From positions 4,028 to 68,027 of the forward strand of contig JAGXBC010000004.1 of the NCBI GenBank assembly GCA_018971305.1: DNA of 64,000 nucleotides, written 5' to 3'. The position numbers were made by a program, and so were the translations under genes. Every line of letters begins with the position of its first letter. Positions within the stretch are counted from its first letter, which is position 1. This DNA comes from Patescibacteria group bacterium (GTDB lineage Bacteria; Patescibacteriota; Minisyncoccia; UBA6257; 2-01-FULL-56-20). The notes under the pieces were generated by a model. The model saw only the letters and a list, made by a program, of their open reading frames with translations. It was not told the DNA's origin and searched no databases. Positions 37,381 to 46,193 of this stretch are shown here, piece after piece.

Positions 37381-37680
37381 ATGCTTCTCTGGGTAGGATT
37401 ACTTTTGGCAGGTCTTTCCCTTTTTGGTTTCGTGGGATACTCCCACATCCGATACGGGTATTACTGGGCCATGCGTCCCGACAAACTTGTTGTTGCCGTG
37501 TGCTTAACCGCATGGGCTATGTATTACGTCGGCTTGATTAAGCTGGTAGGAACTGAGCATGTTAACACCACCTACATTGGTATTAAAATCCTTGCATTTA
37601 TACTCACGCTTGGAGTTCTCACCTCAAGTAATAAAGTAGGTAGGGCCATAGCTAGAGTAAGAAATCGGAGAGAAGAATAA
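37381..37680 (+). CDS. Small membrane protein (99 aa, 3 TM), paralog A of 42760..43077.
   Basis: LxxGLxLFGFxGYSxxRxGxYW..R.D shared with the paralog. Own promoter, strong RBS and terminator. Confidence 0.6.
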   Translation: MLLWVGLLLAGLSLFGFVGYSHIRYGYYWAMRPDKLVVAVCLTAWAMYYVGLIKLVGTEHVNTTYIGIKILAFILTLGVLTSSNKVGRAIARVRNRREE

Positions 37681-37715
37681 AATTTCTCCCGCAAAACATC
37701 CTAAAACCCACAACG

Positions 37716-37748
37716 ACCCGCCAAATTGGTGGGCGTTTTTATATCCAA
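37716..37748 (+). terminator. Intrinsic terminator of paralog A.
   Basis: cccgcca-aat-tggtgggcg followed by TTTTTAT. Confidence 0.6.
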
Positions 37749-37809
37749 AAATAGATTTAATAAAAAACCACCCAGAAAATCTGGGCGGTTCGCACAAATA
37801 GGATAATTA

Positions 37810-38070
37810 TTATTTTTCTTTCGAAAATATGAAGTCGCGCAAAAATTCAAATCCCGCGGGCGTATCTTCAAACAAATCGCCTTTAGGGGGTTTTTTCTCC
37901 GGCTCTTTGGGAACATGCTCCCCGGGTGGAACCGGAATATGAACATTCCCCTTGGCGCCACATTTTCCACAACGCACTGTTACGGTTGTTCCATAATGTT
38001 TTTCCGAAATCCGAAATTGTAATTTATAGCCGCAACCCGGACATTGTACGGTACGGAATCCTTTTTCCAT
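37810..38070 (-). CDS. Small zinc-ribbon protein (86 aa).
   Basis: CPGCG...CGKCG. Lys/Pro-rich tail. Confidence 0.4.
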   Translation of the reverse strand: MEKGFRTVQCPGCGYKLQFRISEKHYGTTVTVRCGKCGAKGNVHIPVPPGEHVPKEPEKKPPKGDLFEDTPAGFEFLRDFIFSKEK

Positions 38071-38182
38071 ATTCTCCTCTCTGATTCCAAAATTCTGTGA
38101 TAGATTATAACGCCAGCCGGTAATAACATCAAACGCGTTGGCCCTAAAATAAAGCGCTCCAGCGATGCTGGAGCTTTTAATA

Positions 38183-39043
38183 TTATCTATTTATAAGACT
38201 GGGTTGTTCGTAGGGGTCGGCGGGGTCATCAATCGTTCCGCAAAATTCTGCAGCAATCGATAAGTATTCATGGACAACGAGCCAATCAAATCTGCCCTGT
38301 ACATCCTTCATCTTCCTTTCTGTATCAATGTTCAAGTTGCGAAAAGTGAAAAATAGGTCGCTTAGTCCAGGGAGAACTCTTCCTTCAAGGCCTCCAGCAA
38401 CACCGAGACCCAGAGAACTGTTTTCCTGATGAATGACGCTAAGATATCTCATTGCTTTCTCGGCATCCAAAAGTTTTCCGGTACCGCCGCTCATATCAAA
38501 GAGAATGTCGGAAACAAATCCGCCGAAAGAAGCGATGTGCCTCGCAAGTTCATTCGGGGCTTTTTCACCAAAAACATTTTCCAGTTCGCTTACGACAGCG
38601 GACGAGGTCTGAAGGATTATGCGAACATTTGGATAGTTAACGCAGTACTTCGCGAGCTCGCTTATAATACGCTCCCGTACGGCTGGCCGGTTGATACTGA
38701 GATCATTGAGTTGGAAACCATGAAGGCGCCTTCCACCCAAATCTGTCAGCCTAAGCAGCTGATCGCTTAGGGTATTTGGATTATTCGTGTTGTAATGAAT
38801 CAGGTTCAAAACCTTGGCAGAGTCATCAGTTCTGAAGACATGTTGTATCCGGCTTCCTGGAGCATAACGTTTCTCTTGAAGACTCTTATCGCACAAAAGA
38901 GAGTTCTGATCTGCACTAACTCCGATCATTAGAGGCCTCTTGTTGCGCACACCCTTAAGCTGCTCTGACCAAAACGCAATCGTGTTTTCAACCTCCAACG
39001 GCCAGAGATAACCGTTAATTCCTACATACGGAGCAAAACGCAT
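38183..39043 (-). CDS. Hypothetical protein. The C-terminal half has a PRAI(TrpF)-like TIM-barrel phosphate-binding motif.
   Basis: FDMSGGTGKLLD...LGVAGGL resembles TrpF D.SGGTG..FDW...LAGGL. No other trp genes nearby, so function unassigned. Confidence 0.45.
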   Translation of the reverse strand: MRFAPYVGINGYLWPLEVENTIAFWSEQLKGVRNKRPLMIGVSADQNSLLCDKSLQEKRYAPGSRIQHVFRTDDSAKVLNLIHYNTNNPNTLSDQLLRLTDLGGRRLHGFQLNDLSINRPAVRERIISELAKYCVNYPNVRIILQTSSAVVSELENVFGEKAPNELARHIASFGGFVSDILFDMSGGTGKLLDAEKAMRYLSVIHQENSSLGLGVAGGLEGRVLPGLSDLFFTFRNLNIDTERKMKDVQGRFDWLVVHEYLSIAAEFCGTIDDPADPYEQPSLINR

Positions 39044-39206
39044 ATTGTGATTCTCCTTTCAATTTGGGCTGAGAACATATTAAAGCTTGGTACGGTGTTT
39101 AGTCAATAGTTATTCCGCTATATATTACAAAACCTATCGCATCTAGGGCGGGCTTAGCCGGGAATTAGAAACAAAAAAAATCGGCGCCGAAGTTCGGAAC
39201 CGATGT

Positions 39207-39710
39207 TTAATTTATTCTAAAGAAGAAAATCGCCTGCGCTGCGGTGATGGCCGCAGACATAAACATAACCGCGTCGCCGAAACTGAAACGCCATTTGGGG
39301 AAAATATCCGCGAATATGTCTGCCAGAAACGCCAACTTTGTGTCCGAACCCATCGGACGATACATTACTGTGTCGCGCAGTCGTTGATGAGAACGAACAA
39401 TACTAGGCATCCTACCCCCGTTGACACAGATAACGGCCAGGTTTAAGGCGCTCCCAAAAGGCAGCATATACTTTAGTGCCCAATATTGATGATTTCCGAG
39501 AACTAGGCAGGAAAATATCAGCAACATACCGGTTGTAAAGATTGTTATGACGGTTATCACTCTCAGCTTTGCCGAAGAAAAAAAACGCCATAGAAAATGA
39601 TCTGCCACCCATACCACGAAAAAGATAATCGGGTGGATGACAATATTCTTAACCAACGGAACCAGGGCGAAAATTATAAACCAGAGTACGAAATAGCCAT
39701 AAAGAAACAT
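39207..39710 (-). CDS. Hypothetical integral membrane protein (about 5 TM).
   Basis: Hydrophobicity pattern only. Confidence 0.45.
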   Translation of the reverse strand: MFLYGYFVLWFIIFALVPLVKNIVIHPIIFFVVWVADHFLWRFFSSAKLRVITVITIFTTGMLLIFSCLVLGNHQYWALKYMLPFGSALNLAVICVNGGRMPSIVRSHQRLRDTVMYRPMGSDTKLAFLADIFADIFPKWRFSFGDAVMFMSAAITAAQAIFFFRIN

Positions 39711-39818
39711 GCCTCATCCTCCCGTCCAGAATTTTAAATGCCTGCGCCTATGGTAATACTATGTTCAGCTTCGGTCAAATTTTTTTCGAGATTCTACAGG
39801 CTCCCGCCAACCAAGAAA

Positions 39819-40316
39819 TTATACGATCTTCATCGCCTCCTCTATGATTTTAAAATCCCGGGAAACTATGAACGGCCCGTCGTTAGTTTTAGGCCTGCCC
39901 TTCTTCAATAATTCAACCGCAGTTTCGGGGTTTACCCATTGAACCTCAAAACCATCGTCGATTTCGTCCTGCTCAAAGCGCGGCTCGCCTTTTTTACTTG
40001 TCACGTTGGCAATATAAGAAAACGACTCCTGTTCTTCGTCTCGCTCGTCAGGGAAATGGCGGTACTCGATTATTTCTCCCACCTCTGCCGCAACCTCAAC
40101 GTCGCATCCTATCTCTTCCAAACACTCTCTTTTGAGCGCCTCAATAATACTCTCGCCTTCATCAATGCCGCCGCCGGGAAGTTTATGGTAACCGTGTTTG
40201 GAAACATAAAGCAGGGCCACTTTCCCCTCTTTATCAAAAACAACGGCTCGCGCCGCTTTTCGAACTTTATAATCCCGAAGAACATTTTTATCTCCGAGTG
40301 TCAGTAAAAGTTTCAT
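39819..40316 (-). CDS. NUDIX hydrolase.
   Basis: Nudix box GGGIDEGESIIEALKRECLEEIG (GX5EX7REUXEEXGU). Confidence 0.85.
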   Translation of the reverse strand: MKLLLTLGDKNVLRDYKVRKAARAVVFDKEGKVALLYVSKHGYHKLPGGGIDEGESIIEALKRECLEEIGCDVEVAAEVGEIIEYRHFPDERDEEQESFSYIANVTSKKGEPRFEQDEIDDGFEVQWVNPETAVELLKKGRPKTNDGPFIVSRDFKIIEEAMKIV

Positions 40317-40429
40317 AGGAAAATTATATCATTGAGTGTGATTATTTTGAAAACATTAGCGAAAGAATGGAAAAATAAAATCCCTCTCAAACAACGAGAG
40401 GGTGGAGTTTTGTCCGCCGGAATAGCGTC

Positions 40430-40813
40430 TTACCATTTGTATTCACAACGGCCATTTTCAATTTGCTCCCAGCCAGGATATTCACCCCTTGGGATTGAAG
40501 AGCTCCAGGTGATGATAGAGAATCCAAAAACACTGCGGGACTCCACTACCTTGCCAACGCGAATCTCGCTGTCCAAAGCCACAGGAAATGTCTTCCTTAA
40601 TTCACTTGCCATCTCCTGAAAATCCGCGATGGTGCCCTGGTTGTAACCGACCAACATATGAACATTTGCAAATGTTTTGCCTTTCTCCTTAGATATCAAA
40701 TCCTTCCGCCAATAGATATATTTTCTCATCCCGTTCATATTTTTGTCCACCTTTATTCGAACAAATGCGCTACGAACAAAATAGCACATAAAGTTACTAT
40801 TTATCAACCCCAC
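40430..40813 (-). CDS. Hypothetical protein. The real start is probably the internal Met26 (about 40738).
   Basis: ORF only. The N-terminal 25 aa look non-native. Confidence 0.35.
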   Translation of the reverse strand: MGLINSNFMCYFVRSAFVRIKVDKNMNGMRKYIYWRKDLISKEKGKTFANVHMLVGYNQGTIADFQEMASELRKTFPVALDSEIRVGKVVESRSVFGFSIITWSSSIPRGEYPGWEQIENGRCEYKW

Positions 40814-40931
40814 GGCGCTCTTGCGGCAGATGGATAAAATTGTCGTGCCTACGGATTTGCTTGTCTACCTTTGACAAAATTATAAGCGGAACTTAGTATA
40901 TCAGCAGCTCAAAGATCAATCAGGGGGATTT

Positions 40932-41270
40932 ATGACCACTAATGATCCTACCACGATTATTTACTTGATTTTCGTATTTCTAATAGGAATTTGGGCTCCG
41001 GCTGGAATCTTCATCTATCTCTTGGACGACGTGAAGCGAATCCAAAGTCAGCGGCGGCGGTGGCAATTAATCTCCGCTCTCGGATGCATTTCCATACTCT
41101 GCGTAACACTAATCTGGACAACTGATAATTTTTCCTTCAGCGTCATACAGACCCCGAACTTATGGGTGTTGTCCGCGTACTTCATTATTGTTGGATGGTC
41201 GTTTTTCTTTGCTACGATGGGATTTCTCTTTGGTTTCTTAACCCCCAAGAACGCAACGACGCATGTTTAA
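40932..41270 (+). CDS. Hypothetical membrane protein (3 TM, 112 aa).
   Basis: Hydrophobicity. Followed by a strong terminator. Confidence 0.45.
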   Translation: MTTNDPTTIIYLIFVFLIGIWAPAGIFIYLLDDVKRIQSQRRRWQLISALGCISILCVTLIWTTDNFSFSVIQTPNLWVLSAYFIIVGWSFFFATMGFLFGFLTPKNATTHV

Positions 41271-41290
41271 CCTGCGTCGTTTTTTATTTG
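41247..41290 (+). terminator. Intrinsic terminator.
   Basis: acgacgca-tgtttaacc-tgcgtcgt followed by TTTTTTATTT. Confidence 0.6.
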
Positions 41291-41321
41291 GGCTCTCAGG
41301 GGAAAAACCTGGCAGAGGTAA

Positions 41322-41357
41322 ATAAAAAACCCACCGTTATTGGTGGGTCGTCAATTT
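41322..41357 (-). terminator. Intrinsic terminator of the metallopeptidase gene.
   Basis: Minus strand: cccacc-aataa-cggtggg followed by TTTTTTATTT. Confidence 0.55.
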
Positions 41358-42535
41358 AAAGGAATCTGGATTTTGGGTTTCTCGGACAAGATAAAATATA
41401 TCTCGTAGGCCTCGTTTCCCAGATGGAAGCGGCCTGTTTTAATTGGCCTTACGGAAAATTGATTAATCAGAAAAGCTTCGCCTCCTTTCAGCTTAACCAG
41501 GGTGTTGTCTATATACTTGCCGTAAAGGATCGGGTTGGAGTTGATGATGTCTATGTCGTGCACCGTTCCGCAACATTCGTAGTGCTGCAATTGCTTCCGG
41601 TATCGCAAATCTATTGCGCCAATGGCAGGACGAATGCTTCCGTCCAAATATCCGGCGAGTGAACGCTGTTTGCGCCGCAGTGGTGATAACTGCCCCTGGC
41701 CTCCCCATCTCACACCGCTCTCATCGGTATGATAAACGACGAGAGCAATATCTTGGGATAATTCGTCAAGAGAATTATATGACTCTTTTCGGTCCGCCTT
41801 CAGTAATAGATGTCCATGAGAAAAATCATTATCGCTAAAACTCATAAAGTATCCCTCGCGGAACATAAGGTCAATGTGCGACGAGACCAGTTTGCCGAAT
41901 TTTTCCGGAACGGGAATTTCAACATTTAAGAAAGACGTAATCCGCAAGCTATTGGGATTACAGAATTTTTCCAGACGAGCAAGGCGTCTAAGATGAATCT
42001 TAATGTACGGATTGTCCGTGTTTTCTGACCAGTGCTTAAGGCGGCTTTCAAGTTCCAGGAATTTTGCTACGGCGCAGGGGTCGCGGCCCTCGCCGAGAAA
42101 CGTACTGACCGCGAAATCATCCGCCTCCACCTCTTGTTTTTCCAGAAGCTCAAAATCTTCAAGTGGTTTGCTCAATATGCCGGTAAATTTTGCCGTCGGC
42201 ACATGCTTCAACTTTAAATGGCCGAACTCATGAGCCAGTTCACCGGCATATTCTTCTTCTCCATATCCATTATCGGCAAGAGCAAGTATTTGTCCTTTGC
42301 TTATAACTATCTCGTAGGGCGTAAAGAATCGGGCATACGGCTCCTTGTCCTCATATATAGATATCCTCACGGACTCCACCAAAGGATCTCCCGGGAAAAG
42401 TTCCGATAGAAGGCGCCTTGTGTATGCTTCCCAAGATATTGTGGAAAAATTATTTTTCGTCTTGATCGGAAACTGAGCTAAAGCCAACACAGAAAAAACA
42501 CTCACTGCTATTATGACAAAAAACGGTCTTTTCAT
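41351..42535 (-). CDS. Secreted putative zinc metallopeptidase (HExxH).
   Basis: Signal peptide. GELAHEFGHLKLKH plus downstream EVEADDFAV, a possible third-ligand Glu as in M48/M56-like folds. Confidence 0.55.
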   Translation of the reverse strand: MKRPFFVIIAVSVFSVLALAQFPIKTKNNFSTISWEAYTRRLLSELFPGDPLVESVRISIYEDKEPYARFFTPYEIVISKGQILALADNGYGEEEYAGELAHEFGHLKLKHVPTAKFTGILSKPLEDFELLEKQEVEADDFAVSTFLGEGRDPCAVAKFLELESRLKHWSENTDNPYIKIHLRRLARLEKFCNPNSLRITSFLNVEIPVPEKFGKLVSSHIDLMFREGYFMSFSDNDFSHGHLLLKADRKESYNSLDELSQDIALVVYHTDESGVRWGGQGQLSPLRRKQRSLAGYLDGSIRPAIGAIDLRYRKQLQHYECCGTVHDIDIINSNPILYGKYIDNTLVKLKGGEAFLINQFSVRPIKTGRFHLGNEAYEIYFILSEKPKIQIPLN

Positions 42536-42645
42536 TCAGCCTCCAGATATTCTGGTGATTGCTGGTTTCAATATAGCAGACCAGCTCTCGTATTGTCCAT
42601 CGCAAAAGAATCAATAGAAATTTTCGGTCCTCAGAAAGAACCCGT

Positions 42646-42678
42646 GCTCGGCATGCCTGCGCAGGCAGGGGTTGGGGG
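42646..42678. repeat. GC palindrome plus G-run element (member of intergenic repeat families).
   Basis: gcctgcgcaggc hairpin followed by ggggttggggggcgg. Confidence 0.4.
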
Positions 42679-42697
42679 GCGGTTCGGCAAAAAATTC

Positions 42698-42726
42698 TCC
42701 ACTTGATTTTCCTGGTTGTATATCCT
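42698..42726 (+). promoter_or_regulatory. Sigma70-type promoter for paralog B.
   Basis: TTGATT, 17 nt spacer, TAATAT. TAGGAGG SD upstream of the ATG. Confidence 0.5.
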
Positions 42727-42759
42727 AATATGTCGTTAGTAAAACTTTAGGAGGAATGA

Positions 42760-43077
42760 ATGACTCTTGTGTGGATAGTAGCTTTGTGTCTCGGACTCTT
42801 CTTGTTTGGTTTGATTGGCTACTCCGATCACCGCGAAGGGATTTATTGGACCACGCGCGGAGATAACAGTTTTTGCGTTTTCTTGCTTTCGTTACTTCTG
42901 TATTACGGTAGTTTAATTGAATTGATTGGGTGGAAAAATATACAGAATTCCCCTGCCACAATGATTATCCTTACTATCATCGGGACAGTTAAAGTTTTCG
43001 CCTGGGGTAGGGAAACGGGAAAATATTTTGCCAGAAAAAATAACGGCTGGCGCAAACGCTGCGACATCGTTGTCTAA
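42760..43077 (+). CDS. Small membrane protein (105 aa, 3 TM), paralog B of 37381..37680.
   Basis: LGLFLFGLIGYSDHREGIYWTTRGDN aligns with paralog A LAGLSLFGFVGYSHIRYGYYWAMRPDK. Confidence 0.6.
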   Translation: MTLVWIVALCLGLFLFGLIGYSDHREGIYWTTRGDNSFCVFLLSLLLYYGSLIELIGWKNIQNSPATMIILTIIGTVKVFAWGRETGKYFARKNNGWRKRCDIVV

Positions 43078-43089
43078 TCCCAAACCGCA

Positions 43090-43128
43090 GGTGCCTACCA
43101 CGTTGGTGGGCATTTTTATTTCTCCTCA
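43090..43128 (+). terminator. Intrinsic terminator of paralog B, homologous to the paralog A terminator.
   Basis: gcctacca-cgt-tggtgggc followed by ATTTTTATTT. Confidence 0.6.
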
Positions 43129-43145
43129 AAAATCTAACGCCCTCA

Positions 43146-43178
43146 GAAACAAACTCCGCTCGGGGTTGGGGCGGGCGG
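43146..43178. repeat. 30-nt intergenic repeat with G-quadruplex-capable tract, copy 1.
   Basis: aaacaaActccgctcggggttggggcgggcggg. Copy 2 at 44514..44543 differs by 1 nt over 29. Confidence 0.6.
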
Positions 43179-43256
43179 GCAAGAATAGTTGATATATTAA
43201 AACAGAAAAGCCTCGCACAGAAGGAAGCGCTTAGCTTCTCTGTACGAGGCTTGATA

Positions 43257-43715
43257 TTAATTAACTCGGAAATGCCTTGAGGTGCGGACCTCGATGGCGC
43301 TTGTTACCTCGGCAATGCCGACAAATTTTTTCTTTGCCAACTCCTCGGCGAGTTTCGCCAAATATTTCTCGTAAGCGTACACTTGGGACCTGCGGATGTC
43401 GCGATACTCCGTAAAGAGGTCGAACCAAACCATTTTCAGCGGACCGTTCAGGTCGTGAACAACCACTCGTCCACCGCTGAGATAGAAAAGGCTTTTGTGG
43501 TTCATCTTGGAATCAATGTCATCGTCGTGCCATGGGAACATTGCGTCCACTTCCCGGATCGCCGCGGCCAGCTGCTGCAAATCTAACTCCATGTTATGGC
43601 ATCCATGTCCAATCTCAAAAACAATATTACCTTTGACGTTGTAGCGCCGTTCACCTCGAATCAAGTTAGCCAACCGATTTTCTAAAATCCAGTTTCGCAT
43701 TGTCAAGGTTCTCAT
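43257..43715 (-). CDS. Hypothetical protein. Track ORF to 43739; start moved to Met9, which has a GGAGG SD.
   Basis: taGGAGGtttctcgATG. No recognisable domain. Confidence 0.5.
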   Translation of the reverse strand: MRTLTMRNWILENRLANLIRGERRYNVKGNIVFEIGHGCHNMELDLQQLAAAIREVDAMFPWHDDDIDSKMNHKSLFYLSGGRVVVHDLNGPLKMVWFDLFTEYRDIRRSQVYAYEKYLAKLAEELAKKKFVGIAEVTSAIEVRTSRHFRVN

Positions 43716-43763
43716 CGAGAAACCTCCTATTGGATTCAATCCGATTACTCGAATCGTTCGTAA

Positions 43764-43792
43764 ATATTACAATATAATTCTATATATGTCAA
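43764..43792 (-). promoter_or_regulatory. Consensus sigma70 promoter (TTGACA-17-TAATAT) embedded in a repeated element.
   Basis: Minus strand: ttgaca-tatatagaattatattg-taatat. The element is shared with 46075..46103. Confidence 0.55.
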
Positions 43793-43873
43793 TTAAAAAT
43801 CCCCCGCCCGAACCGGGGTAAACTTGCCGCGCTGAATCCGCCCACCGGCGGGGTGGTGGGGCAGGAGGAGGGG

Positions 43874-43906
43874 TATAAAAAATGCGGGCTCCCTTTTGGG
43901 AGCCCT
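43874..43906 (-). terminator. Intrinsic terminator of the macro-domain gene.
   Basis: Minus strand: gggctccc-aaaa-gggagccc followed by gcatttttta. Confidence 0.6.
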
Positions 43907-43923
43907 GAAATATTTGATGCTTG

Positions 43924-44439
43924 CTAGTTGGCAGAAAAAGCACTGGCCAGTAAGCGATGCAAGTTTGTTTCGTTGTAAACGACAACCGTGATGTTCTGAA
44001 CCGACTTCGGGTTTTCCGACAGGAAGATGTTGACTCCATGAACCATTTCGCTGACCGCCTGCTGCGGAGTCTTTTCGACCACCCCCAGCATAACGCCCAT
44101 CCTGATTGTCGGCAGAGACACGCTTGAGAATCCAGATGTTTCCGCAGTACGCAGGCCAGCAAGAACGATCTGATGCAACGGCCTTGTGAGGTCGTCGACC
44201 ACAAAAATCACGTTCTTGAACTTTCCCGAATTCCTATTGCCGCCACGAGCCACGATGGCTTCTCCGTCCACCAACTTGGCATTCGCCGCTTGCTGATGGA
44301 ACAGTTCACCGGCGGCACGCTGAATGACACCGTCAATGCCACCGAACCACATTCCGCCGGAATTGATAGCGGTGATGAGCGCGTCTGATTCCACTCGGGC
44401 GATATCGCCGGACACAACTTCGATTTTCGTCATTGTCAA
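43924..44439 (-). CDS. Macro domain protein (ADP-ribose binding / processing, MacroD/YmdB-like).
   Basis: VVSGDIARVESDALITAINSGGMWFGGIDGVIQRAAG matches macro-domain N-terminal motifs. GGAGG SD. Confidence 0.8.
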   Translation of the reverse strand: MTMTKIEVVSGDIARVESDALITAINSGGMWFGGIDGVIQRAAGELFHQQAANAKLVDGEAIVARGGNRNSGKFKNVIFVVDDLTRPLHQIVLAGLRTAETSGFSSVSLPTIRMGVMLGVVEKTPQQAVSEMVHGVNIFLSENPKSVQNITVVVYNETNLHRLLASAFSAN

Positions 44440-44513
44440 AACCTCCGCAAGAGATTCAAATCTGGCTCAAGGATATCATTATTTATTGATATTGTCAATC
44501 TCTACCTCCGCAA

Positions 44514-44543
44514 AAACAAGCTCCGCTCGGGGTTGGGGCGGGT
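44514..44543. repeat. 30-nt intergenic repeat, copy 2.
   Basis: aaaacaaGctccgctcggggttggggcggg. Confidence 0.6.
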
Positions 44544-44551
44544 GTGCGAAT

Positions 44552-45457
44552 TTATGCTAGCGACTGGGCGAGATTTTGTTTTGAAAGCATTTCGTAAATA
44601 TTCGGCAGAACCACGGATACTCCGATAAGTATTCCGCCAAGAATCGTCGTGATGCTAAGTATCTCGTGAAACAGAAGCAATCCGAAGAGCACACCAAAAA
44701 CTATTTCCGAAAGAAGAATAATACTTCCTTTATGTGCCTCAATAAATTTAAAGCCGTAAATCGCAAGACCAGAACCGGCAAAGCCGGCAAAGCCATAACC
44801 AACATTAGCGAACCAGGCGGTGGAAGTGAAATCGCTGTTAAAAGATTCTTTGAGGCCCGCGGCTATCATAAAATTAACAGCTATGGCAAAAATATATCCG
44901 TAAACATTTATAAGCGCGGTCGGATACTTAGAGCTTATCTTTTTGCTAAATACAAACCAAAAGCTAAAAAGCGTTCCCGAAACACAGGCCGCCAGGACAG
45001 GGACGATCTTGCCGGCTTCAAAATGTATATCTCCCCAATAGACAAGAAGCAGCCCAACAAATGCGGACGCCAGCGCAATAATACTTATCTTCGTCAATTT
45101 CTCACGAAGGATTAAAGAACCGAGGATATAGCTCGTGATAACCGTAGCCGCGTATTGAATGAACAATGCCGTTCCTATATTGAGGTTTGCGAGTGAATAA
45201 AAGGTAGGAGCAAGCGCTAAAGAACCGACAACCCCCACCACGATAAACCACTTGATATCCTCCTTCCTGATTTTGACGAAAAAATTTTTATAAAAACAAA
45301 ACAGGATAAAACAAAGAAGCGTTATAATGCTCCGCGTCCAGACCTGGGTAAATGGTGCAAAGGCATTACCGATTATTTTAGAAAAAATACCGTACGAAGC
45401 ATAAGCTAACGCGGAGGTGAGAAGTATAAAAAATCCGTATGTTGTGCTTTTTACCAT
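44552..45457 (-). CDS. EamA family (DMT superfamily) transporter.
   Basis: Ten TM helices in two EamA-like halves. Confidence 0.75.
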   Translation of the reverse strand: MVKSTTYGFFILLTSALAYASYGIFSKIIGNAFAPFTQVWTRSIITLLCFILFCFYKNFFVKIRKEDIKWFIVVGVVGSLALAPTFYSLANLNIGTALFIQYAATVITSYILGSLILREKLTKISIIALASAFVGLLLVYWGDIHFEAGKIVPVLAACVSGTLFSFWFVFSKKISSKYPTALINVYGYIFAIAVNFMIAAGLKESFNSDFTSTAWFANVGYGFAGFAGSGLAIYGFKFIEAHKGSIILLSEIVFGVLFGLLLFHEILSITTILGGILIGVSVVLPNIYEMLSKQNLAQSLA

Positions 45458-45530
45458 TATTTGAATTGTAGCAAAAACAAAAAGGCCGGAACTTTCGTCC
45501 CGACCGTATGAGAGCTTTAGCTCTCAAAAT

Positions 45531-46037
45531 TCACTCGATTGATTTCCAGAGGCGCGCTCCGGTTAATCCGTAGGCCTCGCTCCGATAGCCATACCGACTA
45601 GAACTGCTTACAAGAACTGAACCGTCGTTTTGGAAGTCAACGCTTTCCGCCGGGAAATTCAATTGGATTGCCTTGCGAAGATATGGCGTCCCCTCAGAAC
45701 TACAAACGATCGCCAACCATGTTTTGCCGCTTTCATCTCCTCCTACGCTCGTAATGAGCATGGCCGCATCCTGCCAACCGTCGTGATTGAAATCGCCGGA
45801 TGCAATCTGAGCGATAACGGCCACCTTGGTATTCTTGTCTCCAAGGTAGTAGCCTTCTCCGTCGGAGAAATAAATCATTTTCGCTCCGACAAGATAGTGC
45901 TCATTCTTCAGGGTGGTCTCGGGGATCGGGGCGGTCATTCTGTCATGAATGACGTTTTGCCGAACTCCGGAAAAAATCAAGCCAGAAACTGATAAAACGC
46001 TAATCAAACTGAGAACGACCACGGTTTTCTTAGGCAT
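45531..46037 (-). CDS. Secreted hypothetical protein.
   Basis: Signal peptide. No motif. Confidence 0.45.
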   Translation of the reverse strand: MPKKTVVVLSLISVLSVSGLIFSGVRQNVIHDRMTAPIPETTLKNEHYLVGAKMIYFSDGEGYYLGDKNTKVAVIAQIASGDFNHDGWQDAAMLITSVGGDESGKTWLAIVCSSEGTPYLRKAIQLNFPAESVDFQNDGSVLVSSSSRYGYRSEAYGLTGARLWKSIE

Positions 46038-46074
46038 AAATCACCTCACAGAATTTAAATACTAACCTGACGAT

Positions 46075-46103
46075 ATTATACTCTCTGTTTATAAATATGT
46101 CAA
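46075..46103 (-). promoter_or_regulatory. Consensus sigma70 promoter (TTGACA-17-TATAAT) inside a repeated element with GC hairpins.
   Basis: Minus strand: cctgcctcaggcag hairpin, cccgccccgggcggg hairpin, ggattttgattgaca-tatttataaacagagag-tataat. Confidence 0.55.
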
Positions 46104-46193
46104 TCAAAATCCCCCGCCCGGGGCGGGCTGCCTGAGGCAGGAGGGGGTGGAAACTCACAGTAGATATAAAGGTAAATAAAAGAAATAAGAAAT

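Noticed and set aside
43257-44439. DarT/DarG-like toxin-antitoxin pair (macro domain gene plus downstream ORF).
   Set aside because: The two genes are separated by a terminator and an independent consensus promoter. The downstream ORF shows no DarT (DUF4433) motifs. Only a loose ADP-ribose theme remains; see the accessory-island finding.
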